The translations under genes and the position numbers were made by a program. Positions 52,483 to 64,000 of a DNA stretch of 64,000 bases are shown here, in pieces. Below the pieces are notes generated by a model. The model made no database searches, was not told the origin of the DNA, and saw only the letters and a list, made by a program, of their open reading frames with translations. The DNA is from Octopus sinensis (Eukaryota), in NCBI RefSeq assembly GCF_006345805.1, contig NC_043001.1, positions 52,576,001 through 52,640,000 of the forward strand, in the 5' to 3' direction. How positions within the stretch are numbered: position 1 is the stretch's first letter; every line of letters starts with the position of its first letter.

Positions 52483-53039
52483 ATAAATATATACGCATAT
52501 TTATTGCATATATAGATCTTCACAGGGTCATAAAACTTGTATTTCTGGTAACGGAATTACAAAATCAAATGTTCACACACTTGGTAAGAAAGTTGTTCAA
52601 GAAACCGCAAAGGCTGCTAGACATTCAATGCAAAGTAAGCAGGTATCAAACACGGTACTTCACTTCGGTGGAAAAATAGTGAAAGAATTAATAGAGAAAC
52701 TATTAAAATAGTGAAAGCAAGAAATTGAGAAGGGATCGCATAGCTGTAAAAGTACATTGCGAAGAAGACATACTGCTAGGCAATACCTCCTTGAATCAAT
52801 TCCATTGAAGTCATAATACGTGTTTGGGAATTATATGGACTAAAATATGAACTCAAAATATTAGTCTTTGATACATCTAGTCATTATATTTCCTTTTAAA
52901 AACAGCTGAATATTGCACTGGAGTGCAATGATAGGGGTTCATAAACAATGAAACTCCAGTTGTACAGTATTAGTGAAAAAGAAATACAAAGGCATACACA
53001 CAAACTCTAATATACTCATACATATACATACACACACAC

Positions 53040-53150
53040 ATATATGCCACATGCTTGTTTCAGCTTTTGTCTACCAAGTCTACTGACAAGGCTTTAGCAT
53101 TCCTAGAGCTATATTAGAAAACCCTTGGAACTAGGTGTTGCGCAGTTCGT
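53040..53150 (-). mobile_element. Degenerate SINE family A 5' fragment
   Basis: tttcagcttttgtctaccaagtctactgacaaggcttt. Confidence 0.55.
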
Positions 53151-53409
53151 CTCAAACCGGAGAAAGAAAATACTTGAAGATCAGTCATTTATGAATTTGT
53201 TCAACATAACCTCGTCTCAGATCCATACAATTATTACAGCGGTCCTTCAGTTTTTCTAAGCCCTGTAAAAGAACGAAGAATGTTGGGTCTCCAGCCAGAT
53301 CTTTCGTGATATCCTAAAGTCAGGAACTTTTCAGTACTACCTCGTATATATATATATATTAGAAAAAACACATTTTATCAATTCAACAATGAAATAATTA
53401 AATTATATC

Positions 53410-53440
<31 letters not shown>

Positions 53441-53520
53441 ATTAATTAAGGGTAGAAATCAATATTTATCAATTAAAACCAGTGGTCTAACATATTAAAA
53501 AAATCCGAAGATTAAATATT

Positions 53521-54150
53521 TATATATACCAATTAAGGACTGAACACGAAAAAGTGGACAGTCAACATGCTAGATATAGACGTCAAATCGCCATTCTCCA
53601 CAAAAGATTATGTTCTCAGATCAAACTCAACACAAACCCAAGCAATAAACAAGTGAAAATATACGAAAAATAATAATCATCCATGTATATAATACTCATA
53701 ATAATACTCAAAAATAATACTCATCCATTAATTATATAAAAAATAAATATGTTTCTCTAACCGTTAAATTGACTGCTGCTAATTATTAGCTGCAGGCCAT
53801 TTTCTTCGGGTCTCAACGCGCCAAGGTGAAAGGCATTTGAAATACACATTCGGATGTAATCGGTTGAACTCTACGCACATGATGATATTCCGGTATCGTT
53901 TTTGCATCTAGTTCAGCAGATTTCATTCAGACCGGCCATGCTGATGAAGACTACGGGTATCCTTACGGATAATAATAGTCGAAACTGATTCAGTACATGG
54001 ATGAGTATTATTTTTCGTATATTTTCACTTGTTTATTGCTTGGGTTTGTGTTGAGTTTGATCTGAGAACATAATCTTTTGTGGAGAATGGCGATTTGACG
54101 TCTATATCTAGCATGTTGACTGTCCACTTTTTCGTGTTCAGTCCTTAATT

Positions 54151-54160
<10 letters not shown>
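53521..54160. repeat. Foldback PLE-like end: 167-bp inverted arms (53521-53687 and 53994-54160) flanked by TA-rich tracts
   Basis: Position p pairs with 107681-p; one mismatch seen. Confidence 0.95.
53936..54000 (+). ncRNA. Type I hammerhead ribozyme, apparently intact
   Basis: CCATG-CTGATGA-A-GACTA..TAGTC-GAAAC-TGA-T-TCA-GTA-CATGG; perfect stems I, II, III; predicted cleavage after 53995. Confidence 0.9.
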
Positions 54161-54219
<59 letters not shown>

Positions 54220-54225
54220 GTGTAT

Positions 54226-54282
<57 letters not shown>

Positions 54283-54484
54283 TTAGTTAAATTTGATTTA
54301 GTATAACGAAATTGAATTTTTCCCTGTAAATTTGGAATCTTTCCTACTATTATTATTATTATTATTATTATTATTATCATTATTACTATATGTGTGTGTG
54401 TGTCTATGTCAGTGTATGTGAGTGTGTGTGCGTATATATGTTCAATAATTATATAGAAGTATAAAAAATGAAACAAATGGACAA

Positions 54485-54892
54485 TAGGCGCAGGAGTGGC
54501 TGTGTGGTAAGTAGCTTGCCTACCAACCACATGGTTCTGGGTTCAGTCCCACTGCGTGGCATCTTGGGCAAGTGTCTTCTACTATAGCCTCGGGCCGACC
54601 AATGCCTTGTGAGTGGATTTGGTAGACGGAAACTGAAAGAAGCCTGTCGTATATATGTATATATATGTATGTGTATGTATATGTTTGTGTGTCTGTGTTT
54701 GTTCCTCTAGCATTGCTTGACAACCGATGCTGGTGTGTTTACGTCCCCGTCACTTAGCGGTTCGGCAAAAGAGATCGATAGAATAAGTACTGGGCTTACA
54801 AAGAATAAGTCCCGGGGTCGATTTGCTCGACTAAAGGCGGTGCTCCAGCATGGCCGCAGTCAAATGACTGAAACAAGTAAAAGAGCAAAAGA
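54485..54892 (+). mobile_element. SINE family A, best-preserved copy
   Basis: aggcgcaggagtggctgtgtggtaag (A-box-like), gggttcagtccc (B-box-like), internal TA/TG tract, 3' gactgaaacaagtaaaaga. Confidence 0.9.
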
Positions 54893-55210
54893 ATACGCAC
54901 ATAGAATGTCGGTAAATCCTCATCAATTATCGTCAAAATGATAATAACATGTTCACGCATTAAACGATAATATTGTTCCTTTTGTTGGCATCAGTGACTA
55001 GAAGCCACTAGGAAATAGCTACCTAACAAACAAGGGACAAATACAACAGAATGTGTACTTACAAACAGAAATGAAATAAATTATATTATACATACAAAAT
55101 AATACGAAATAAGGCTTTGCGGCTCAATACAGGGGTGATGCTGGACGGACGAGAAACAGAAACGAAAACAAACACGATATTATACTTATACAACAAAATT
55201 TTATACATCA

Positions 55211-56430
55211 TATTGGGTTGGCATGAGAGCAATTTCGTTTTTCGCAAATAGAGTTACGATTTTTTTAAATGACTTTTGTCAATGTTATGATGTTTTTCCT
55301 TTTGCCATTTGATAGCCGTTTCGTCTTGGTTACTTTAGAAGCAGATTGCGCATAATTTTGTTTACAGCTGTTAGTTCAGTGTCAATTTTTACATGGAGTG
55401 CAAACATTAACATTTTTCGTCATATTTAGCTTTTTTATGTGAAGTCTATGCGGTTGACTACTTAACAGAACGCACATGTGAGAAATGGTTTTAAGAAATT
55501 TGTTCTGGAGATTTTTCACTCAAAAATGACGTTCTGGTCGACCTACTGAAGCTGATGATGACCGAATCAAAGCCATAATTAAATGTTATTGTCATTAACT
55601 GAGAGAGAGTGCAGAGAGGTAGAATGCATCACACAACAATTAGAAATACATTCAAATGACTTGAGTTCGTCAAGAAGCTCGATATTTGGGTTCAAGATAA
55701 ATTGAAAGCGATATTCACTTAGCACTGTGAATCAATATTTGCGATATGCATTTCAAACGCAATGAAATCGACCATTTTATTTTTTTGAAAAACTCAGGTA
55801 ATGAAATATGGACTGTCTACAATAACATCTATCGTAAACGATCATGGTCCAAGTGTAATAGACCAGCACAAACCACATAAAAAGCTGATTTGCATCTTTC
55901 AGTTTGGTGGGATTACAAAGATGTTGTGCATTTTGAGCTGCTTCCAATGAGCAAACCATAAATTCACATGTTTACTGTTAACAACTAATGAAACTGGAAG
56001 AATCAATCAAAGAAAAATGGCCAGAATTGGCAAATAGTAATGGAATCGTTTTCCACCACGACACGCTAGACCACACACGTGTTTGCTAACTCGTGAAAAA
56101 TTATTGGAACTTGGTTGGGAAGTGATCATATCCAACATATAAACCTGTCCTTGCACCATCAGATTACCATTTATTTTGAAGTTTGCAAAATTTTTTGAAT
56201 GGTAAAACTTTCAATAATGATGATGACCTGAAATTGCCCTTGTTTTAGTTTTTGGCTGAGAAGGACCAGAAATTCTATGAGTGCAGAATTATCATGTTGC
56301 CAGAAAGATAGCAGAAGGTCATCAAACAAAATAGAAAACATATAATTGATTAAAGTTCATTCTCTGTATGAAATAATATGACATTTATTTCAGACTGACA
56401 ATTCGAAATTAATTTCTTGCCAACCCAATA
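55211..56430 (+). mobile_element. Full-length decayed mariner (mellifera-like) with both TIRs
   Basis: TA-TTGGGTTGGCA..AATTTCG / CGAAATT..TGCCAACCCAA-TA; WFKKFCSGDF, VWWDYK, FHHD..RPH, LAPSDYHLF. Confidence 0.9.
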
Positions 56431-56773
56431 CAAAAAATATGGACTCGCGACGCAAACATGAAATGAATAACAATGAGCAGGCAACAAACCGTGTTAAAAG
56501 GAGGATATAAGGGAAAAACGACTGATCGCCTTGATGATCAGGCGTAGAAAGGAACTAGAGAAGTAAAGTGAGGATGATCACGGGTCACGTGGCAGTAGGA
56601 CGAGTGAGAAAAATTTCTAGAGGGCAGAGAAAGACAGAGAGCAATACAGAGGGAAGGAGAGAAAAAGAGAGAGACAGAGAGACATAGAGAGTGAGAGGGA
56701 GAATAAAGAAAGACAGAAATAGACATTGCACAAAAATATATGGATATATTGTTATATACTTTATGTGTGTGCG

Positions 56774-56824
<51 letters not shown>

Positions 56825-59800
56825 GATTTCATAACAATTATAATTTCGGAAGAGCGTTTTTCCTAATTGAATCGTTTTGTAATTGCATTCTGTTTGGTTA
56901 TTAGATCACGAAGTATATAAATGCTATAAATAATAGCGTGTAAATATTGATTTGGGAAACCCTTTGGATAGAAAAATTGAACGCTCCTAAATATGGCCCA
57001 AAATTAGAAAACGGAAATGCATTTAGGATTTATATAGTGGATACAGCTGTTCATCTTACTCATTATAGTAGTTAAATGCTGAGGCACTTGCATGTATGAG
57101 TGAGTTTCTGTAGCGGGAAAGCTCTTTTCATTTCTCTCTTGAAAATTTTGACAGACACAAGCACGCACTCGCATATGCACATGAATCATTTGATTTCAGT
57201 CTGACTTCGAATCATTTGATTAGTGTTCTCTTCTATGTAACATGGGCTTTACAAGGCTAGAAATGAACTGTCTCTAACCTTTTCTCTTTCATTTCTTTTG
57301 TGGACGCCAATTAAGCTATTTGAATGCTGAGAAGTAACACAAATTATTACCAGGCCTTTCGAACGACATTATTGAGCATAATATTATTATATAAATTTAT
57401 TAGTGTTAATGTATTTTATAAATTGTTATAGATGTTAACAGAAAGAGGCTTATTTGAATTAAATTTGGTTGAGGTGATTAAGGAACAAGATAATAAAATT
57501 ATTTAATTTCCTTGAAATATATAGTATTATAGAGTAATAAACCAATTTATTACCCCCATTTCAAATACATTCCACAATGCATATCATCATCCCTAAGCTG
57601 AAATGGCCGAGAGTAATTTTAAAATTGGACAAGAAGAAATCGTTTCCATAAGACATTAACATATATACACCATTGTGTAGCTTCATGAAGGTAATATATG
57701 CAACGTAATGTCATTAATATATGCACAGATGAATTCAGCAGATTCTGAGTTGCTCCCGTCATTTTCCATGAGTTCCCTTCTAACAAAATTTCTTTAGACA
57801 GTTATTCGATCTCCACGGAGAATATTGATGAAGAGTAGGACCCGACAAGTCGTTAATTGGGGATGATAAAGATGCAGTTATGATTTGGTGGAGATGGAGA
57901 GTGGGAGGAAAGTAATAGTACAGTTGACGGGGGAGAAGAAGATCAAGAGAGAAAGAGATAGGATTAGAGAAGACAAGGTTGGGTTAGACTGCCGGAGTAA
58001 GGGGAGATATGTGTTTTCAAATATTGTAATAGGCTAGTCATTAAGAATTTGTGTTGATTGTTTTTCATATTAAGCCCACACATATACACATATAGATTGA
58101 CAAATCCCAACTTCGATGAAGTGAATTCTCGGAGTGAAACATCAAATTTTCCGAGAGAATTTTGAATTGACTCTGATATTGTCATATACTACAATAATAC
58201 TTTCAGTAGAATAAAACAAATTCTTGTCCTGTTTTGTCTTTTGTGTCCTCTACTTTCTAACGGTCCTCAATTTTAGGCTGTGTATACTTGAATAATTGCT
58301 ACCTGGTGTGCGTGTGTGTTTTATCACGAGTAGACGGGAATTTGGGTTCTAATTAACATGCAAGCAAGCAATGCAAGTCGTTAAAATTTCTACCACATTA
58401 AATTGCTGGTTCTTTAATAACAAAAGAAGGATAAAATTCAAACTTTTTCTCGTTGTCATTTCACTTCAGAATATTAAAAGAAAGAAAATATCACAAGGTA
58501 ATCAGTTTAGCACTCATATGATTCTGAAAATCCACTTCCAAAGTAAAACCACACATATACATACATATGATATGCAAATCCTGCACATTATTCCTATATT
58601 GGTTGAGAGTTCGTAAGAGACCGCTCATTATAGATTAGAATTCGTCCATGCGTCTTTAGTATTCTTGAGAAAATTCACTAAGTTCTGAACGAACCACGTA
58701 TTTTGCAGTCAATCAAATTGTCTATATCTATTCCTAAAATATTCTACTTTATCATCCCAACGTAACCACACGATCATTCTGTAATTACATAACATGCATT
58801 TATAAGTTTTCCAATATTATTTTGCAATGATAACGCTATAGTTATTGATAATATCCAAAACACATGAGAATATATTCAAGTGCTACGTGATTAATGGGAA
58901 AAAATGAAAATCTCGCAATGTTTAAATACAAGATATTTAAGCAAGATTATATTTAGATTGCAATGTCTGCAACTATATCGTTTTGTTTTTTTATAAAAAC
59001 TAAACCGATGTGATTATTTCAATTTTCCAATAAAATGAATTGCTCAAAATATTCCTATGTGAGTTTCCCTAATATTATCTTCTCACCGATTGACATATGT
59101 ACAACTGCTATTAGATAAATATGGCATTATATGATTTTATAACCAGTATGTTATAATATTAGTTTCTTATATTGGAACGATGGCAATAATCGTCGTGGAG
59201 GTGCGGGAATATAGCGAATTGAAAAAGAAATTGCCTTCTTTCCTGATATTATTGTATCTATTCTAGGGAGAGTAAGAGAAACCTCGATCATGGATATAAT
59301 ATATTGTATATTTAATAGTTACGAGATAGAAGGAAACCAAAAACTATCCAGAAGGGAATGGATTTCGATATGACTTACGCCATTCTATAATTGTATTTGT
59401 ACAATGAGAATGAAGCAATGAAGCTAGTTGACAAAACTACCCCTAGGCAAACTTTTGCTACTTCGTTTAGCTCTCCTTCTATGGTGTATTTTAAGTTTGC
59501 TTACAAAGCCAAATTGATAATTACGGGTAATATAATGGATTTTTCAATCTTCCATATAAAATATTTGCTGTTAGATTAATAAAAATGAATACCCTTTGAT
59601 TTTCCATATAAAGCCAAATCAATAATTACCAATAATACAATGAAATTTTCTGCCATTCATATAGATATTTGCCATGAGAATAGCAAAAATAAGTATAAAT
59701 ATTGCAGAGTGGTAGACGGAAAATATTAAGGTAAATTGTTGTATCGCACTTATTTCATGACAGTATGTGTTTTTATACTGTTGCATGTTTGATTTTATTT

Positions 59801-60702
59801 CCATGTGTTTATTTTCCTCGAAAACGAGTTTACAGGATAATATTTAGATACAGACTAAGACATTTAAAAATTGACGTCTGTTAACAAATCTCTATTCTAC
59901 TCTGTTCAAAAGTCGAATAAATTTGCCGCGAACTAAGAATAAGTCTAACATTTGATTAAATAATTGTCGATACGAAAGAGGACAGTAACATGAGATGGTA
60001 AAGGTAAATTGACAAAGAAAACTAACAAAGGAAAAGAAGGCAGTCAATTTATCTCTATGTCTAATGGTATATTTCATTTCTCTTCTTTAGTGTATTAGAC
60101 ATTTAGTAAATTTCACTTTTCCTGAACTTTTTCCTATGCAACTCATATTAAGAGTATCGCTTCTTTTGGCCACGCAGCAAACGCTTGCATTTCTTACCAA
60201 TTCTTATATACACGGTTGCTTTGAATCTAAAATTACGATCGCACTCCACTGACTACAGATCAGCTCGGATTTTTAACATTCTTAAAACGTACAAATACGA
60301 TTGTCAAAGACAGATTCTAATTTGTATCACCTTATGTCTTCAAAAAGTGGACCTGTTCAAATTTCAAATACTTTCCCCTGATTCAACGATTGGTTGTATA
60401 TTTTGCAGCAATCGTTTTCCCTTGAAAAGAGAAAACAATCTTTGCAACAGCTTGGTAAGCAGTTCCATAACTCTACCGATATGGTTTGTGCCTGTATGGT
60501 ATATTTCCCCTTCGTTTCCAGCGATGAACATATAACGTGCTCTAAACACCATCCTAATTCACTAATAATTTACCAATACAGTATGGAATCTTATTTATTA
60601 CATTATTTGAATGATATGCAGATCTCTATGCATAGGTAAATAGGTATATATATGTGATTCGTATGTATGTAGCTCTCTATCTATCTATCTGTTTGTCTGT
60701 CA

Positions 60703-60777
<75 letters not shown>

Positions 60778-60811
60778 ATTATATATATATATAGGTGTGT
60801 GTGTATGTAAG

Positions 60812-60847
<36 letters not shown>

Positions 60848-60929
60848 GGTCCCGGGTTGATCCGGGGTTAACCACAGTAAGTACGGTACTCAATACATAG
60901 CAGAGTAAAATTAATTTATTATATAGAAG

Positions 60930-60979
60930 AGCTTCTACAGGACTAGTACTGTTTCATTCAAGAGAATCTTCAGGAAGCT
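60930..60979 (-). ncRNA. Type I hammerhead ribozyme, compact and apparently intact
   Basis: AGCTTC-CTGAAGA-TTC-TCTT-GAA-T-GAAAC-AG-TACTAGTC-CT-GTA-GAAGCT; 6-bp stem I, 4-bp stem III; cleavage between 60936 and 60935; tail ends at (TA)n ~60845. Confidence 0.85.
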
Positions 60980-61138
60980 ATTTAACAAGAATTGTATTAG
61001 CATTTACATTTAGGCAGGTTTAAAGGAGTGGTGGTGGGGGACTTTTTTCGGGGTAGGCATAGCGCAAAATATCATACTTGGGGGAGTGGTCAAGGAGTCA
61101 GTGGTAAGTTAGGTGAAAGAATAGATAAATAAAAAAAT

Positions 61139-61169
<31 letters not shown>

Positions 61170-61171
<2 letters not shown>

Positions 61172-61271
61172 ATAAAAAAATAAAATGTGTGCACATACAT
61201 ACATAAACACATATACATACACACCACACATACGTACACATTGTGCCATACATACCTACACATACACACAT

Positions 61272-61332
<61 letters not shown>

Positions 61333-61840
61333 CACAATCCAATACAGGCCATTCCCTAATTTTAATTTTATTATCTCATTTATTACTTTTGTTATCTTTG
61401 ATCGCTAGAGCTAAGGATCCTGGCGATGGCAGCATGTCCAAATTGTCTGTCTACTAGAAGGCAAGTACTCGTTCCCGCACGCACACTCATTAGCACGTAC
61501 ATACACCCATTCGTACACTCATACACATACACGTACGCACGCGTTATATTCATACATACAAACATCTACATACGTTCACGTATATACACATACGTACTCG
61601 TACCTACAGATTCATGTCTACACTTTAGGAGGCTAGTCTATATATATACACCAATAAATATACATATATATATATATATACATATATTATATATATAACA
61701 TATACACATACACACACACACACACATATATACTCCTACATACAGATACATACCTATATATATATATAATATATACCCACACATACATGTACATATATAT
61801 ATACATATACATACATATACATATATATATATATATATAT

Positions 61841-61875
<35 letters not shown>

Positions 61876-62129
61876 ATACATATATATACATATATACACA
61901 TCTATACAATACATACATACATACCACACACCATATATTACACACACATACATACACATATATATACATACACAAACTATATACACACATATATATACAT
62001 ATACATATATACACACATACATACACACACCTACATACATATACACACAAACACATACATACGTAAACATACATACATACATCCATACATCCATACTTAC
62101 ATGCACTTATACGCATACACACACCCCCA

Positions 62130-62180
<51 letters not shown>

Positions 62181-62748
62181 CCACACTCACACATACATAT
62201 ACAAATATACGCCACACATACATACATACATACACGTATACGCATACACGCACATACACATATACATGCGTACCCATACACGTGCCCACACGCACATGCA
62301 TCCATATGTATACACAACACACACATATATACACGTGTGCAAGCATACATACATACTCATACACGCACACATACTTACATATACATATATGCACACACTT
62401 ACACACATATATACATACACATATACATGCATACATACATATATGCATACATACACATACACGCACATACACATATACACATGCGTACCCATACACGTGC
62501 ACGCACGCACGCGCATCCATATATATACACACGTACACATATATATACACGTGTGCAAGCATACATACATACTCATACACGCGCACATACTTACATATAC
62601 ATATATGCACACACTTCCACACATATATACATACACATATACATGCATACATACATATATGCATACATACACACACGCGCACTCATATATACATATATAT
62701 ATATACACACACATACACATATATACATATACATATATATACATATAT

Positions 62749-62782
<34 letters not shown>

Positions 62783-62869
62783 TACACACATATACATACA
62801 TATACACATACATATATATACACATATACACATACACATACATGCACACATACACACACATACACATAC

Positions 62870-62910
<41 letters not shown>

Positions 62911-63002
62911 TACACACACATACACATATACACATACATATATACATACATACATACATATACATACACACACACATACATATATACACGGATACACATA
63001 CC

Positions 63003-63048
<46 letters not shown>

Positions 63049-64000
63049 TATACACATGCATATACTTATATCTCTACATACTCACATATAAACATATATA
63101 TATATATACACACACACATATATATACAGGTACACACACATACACATATACATACATATATACACATACACACATACATATATATATATATATACATATA
63201 CATATACATATTATACATAAATATAATACATATATATATATATACATATACCCCCAAATATATACATATATATATATATACACACATATACACACCACAC
63301 CACACATACATATACACATATACATGTATACATACGCAATAATGATACACATATATACACATACACACACACAGACAGATGCATATACATACATATAATA
63401 TATAAATTACATATCTATATAATACATACATAATACACATATACACACACATATATACATACATATACATACATATTATATATTATATATGTATATACAT
63501 ATATATACATACATACATAATAATATACATATATACATACACATGCACATACATATACAAATATACATACACATGCTACACACACCGCGCGCACATACAT
63601 ATACACCACACACATATACAAATACATACATACCACACACACCAACCACACTATATATACATACATGTACACATAACATATATATATATATCAACAAGGG
63701 AGGGTAAAGTTAATTAGTTATTAATCAAATTCACCAAGAATTCATTATGTATGGGTACGCATGTATATGTGTATGTGCGTGTATGCGTATACGTGTATGT
63801 ATGTATGTATGTGTGGGCGTATATTTGTATATGTATGTGTGAGTGGTGTATATTATATATATAATATATATATATATATTATATTATAATATATATATAG
63901 ATGGGGGTGTGTGTATGCGTATAAGTGCATGTAAGTATGGATGTATGGATGTATGTATGTATGTTTACGTATGTATGTGTTTGTGTGTATATGTATGTAG
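61170..64000. repeat. Very long degenerate (CA)/(TA)/(TACA) microsatellite field with higher-order direct and inverted duplications
   Basis: 216-bp-period direct repeat near 62333/62549; inverted copy of 62031-62280 at 63745-64000. Confidence 0.95.

Noticed and set aside
60364-60639. Overlapping short ORFs with complex composition
   Set aside because: No convincing splice-site pair or recognisable domain
61638-63707. Long ORFs up to 413 aa rich in H/T/Y/I or C/V/M/Y
   Set aside because: Translations of (CA)/(TA)/(TG) microsatellites, which rarely produce stops; the same applies to 110-562, 11874-12320 and 36260-37252

Overview
AT-rich animal genomic DNA dominated by microsatellites and transposon remnants. 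The dense (TA)n/(CA)n/(AAT)n tracts and the SINE types look cephalopod (octopus-like); this is inferred from sequence style, not a database hit. No complete host gene is visible, only one reasonable candidate exon (16230-16391, minus) and weaker ones. Nearly all long ORFs in the track are microsatellite artefacts. Mobile elements include a near full-length young RLE-type LINE (R4/Dong-like, 39078-42785) with related fragments, a HERO-like LINE, two mariners (one split by a solo LTR), a Tc1, two Chapaev3-like remnants, a gag-knuckle ORF and several tRNA-derived SINE families. The strongest unexplained signal is a set of type I hammerhead ribozyme motifs: about 8 loci, of which 3-4 look intact. 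They sit in Penelope-like element ends, foldbacks and a retrozyme-like partial tandem, and their tails repeatedly end at (TA)n tracts. One inverted arm ends within 2 nt of the predicted self-cleavage site. All alignments and translations were done by eye.
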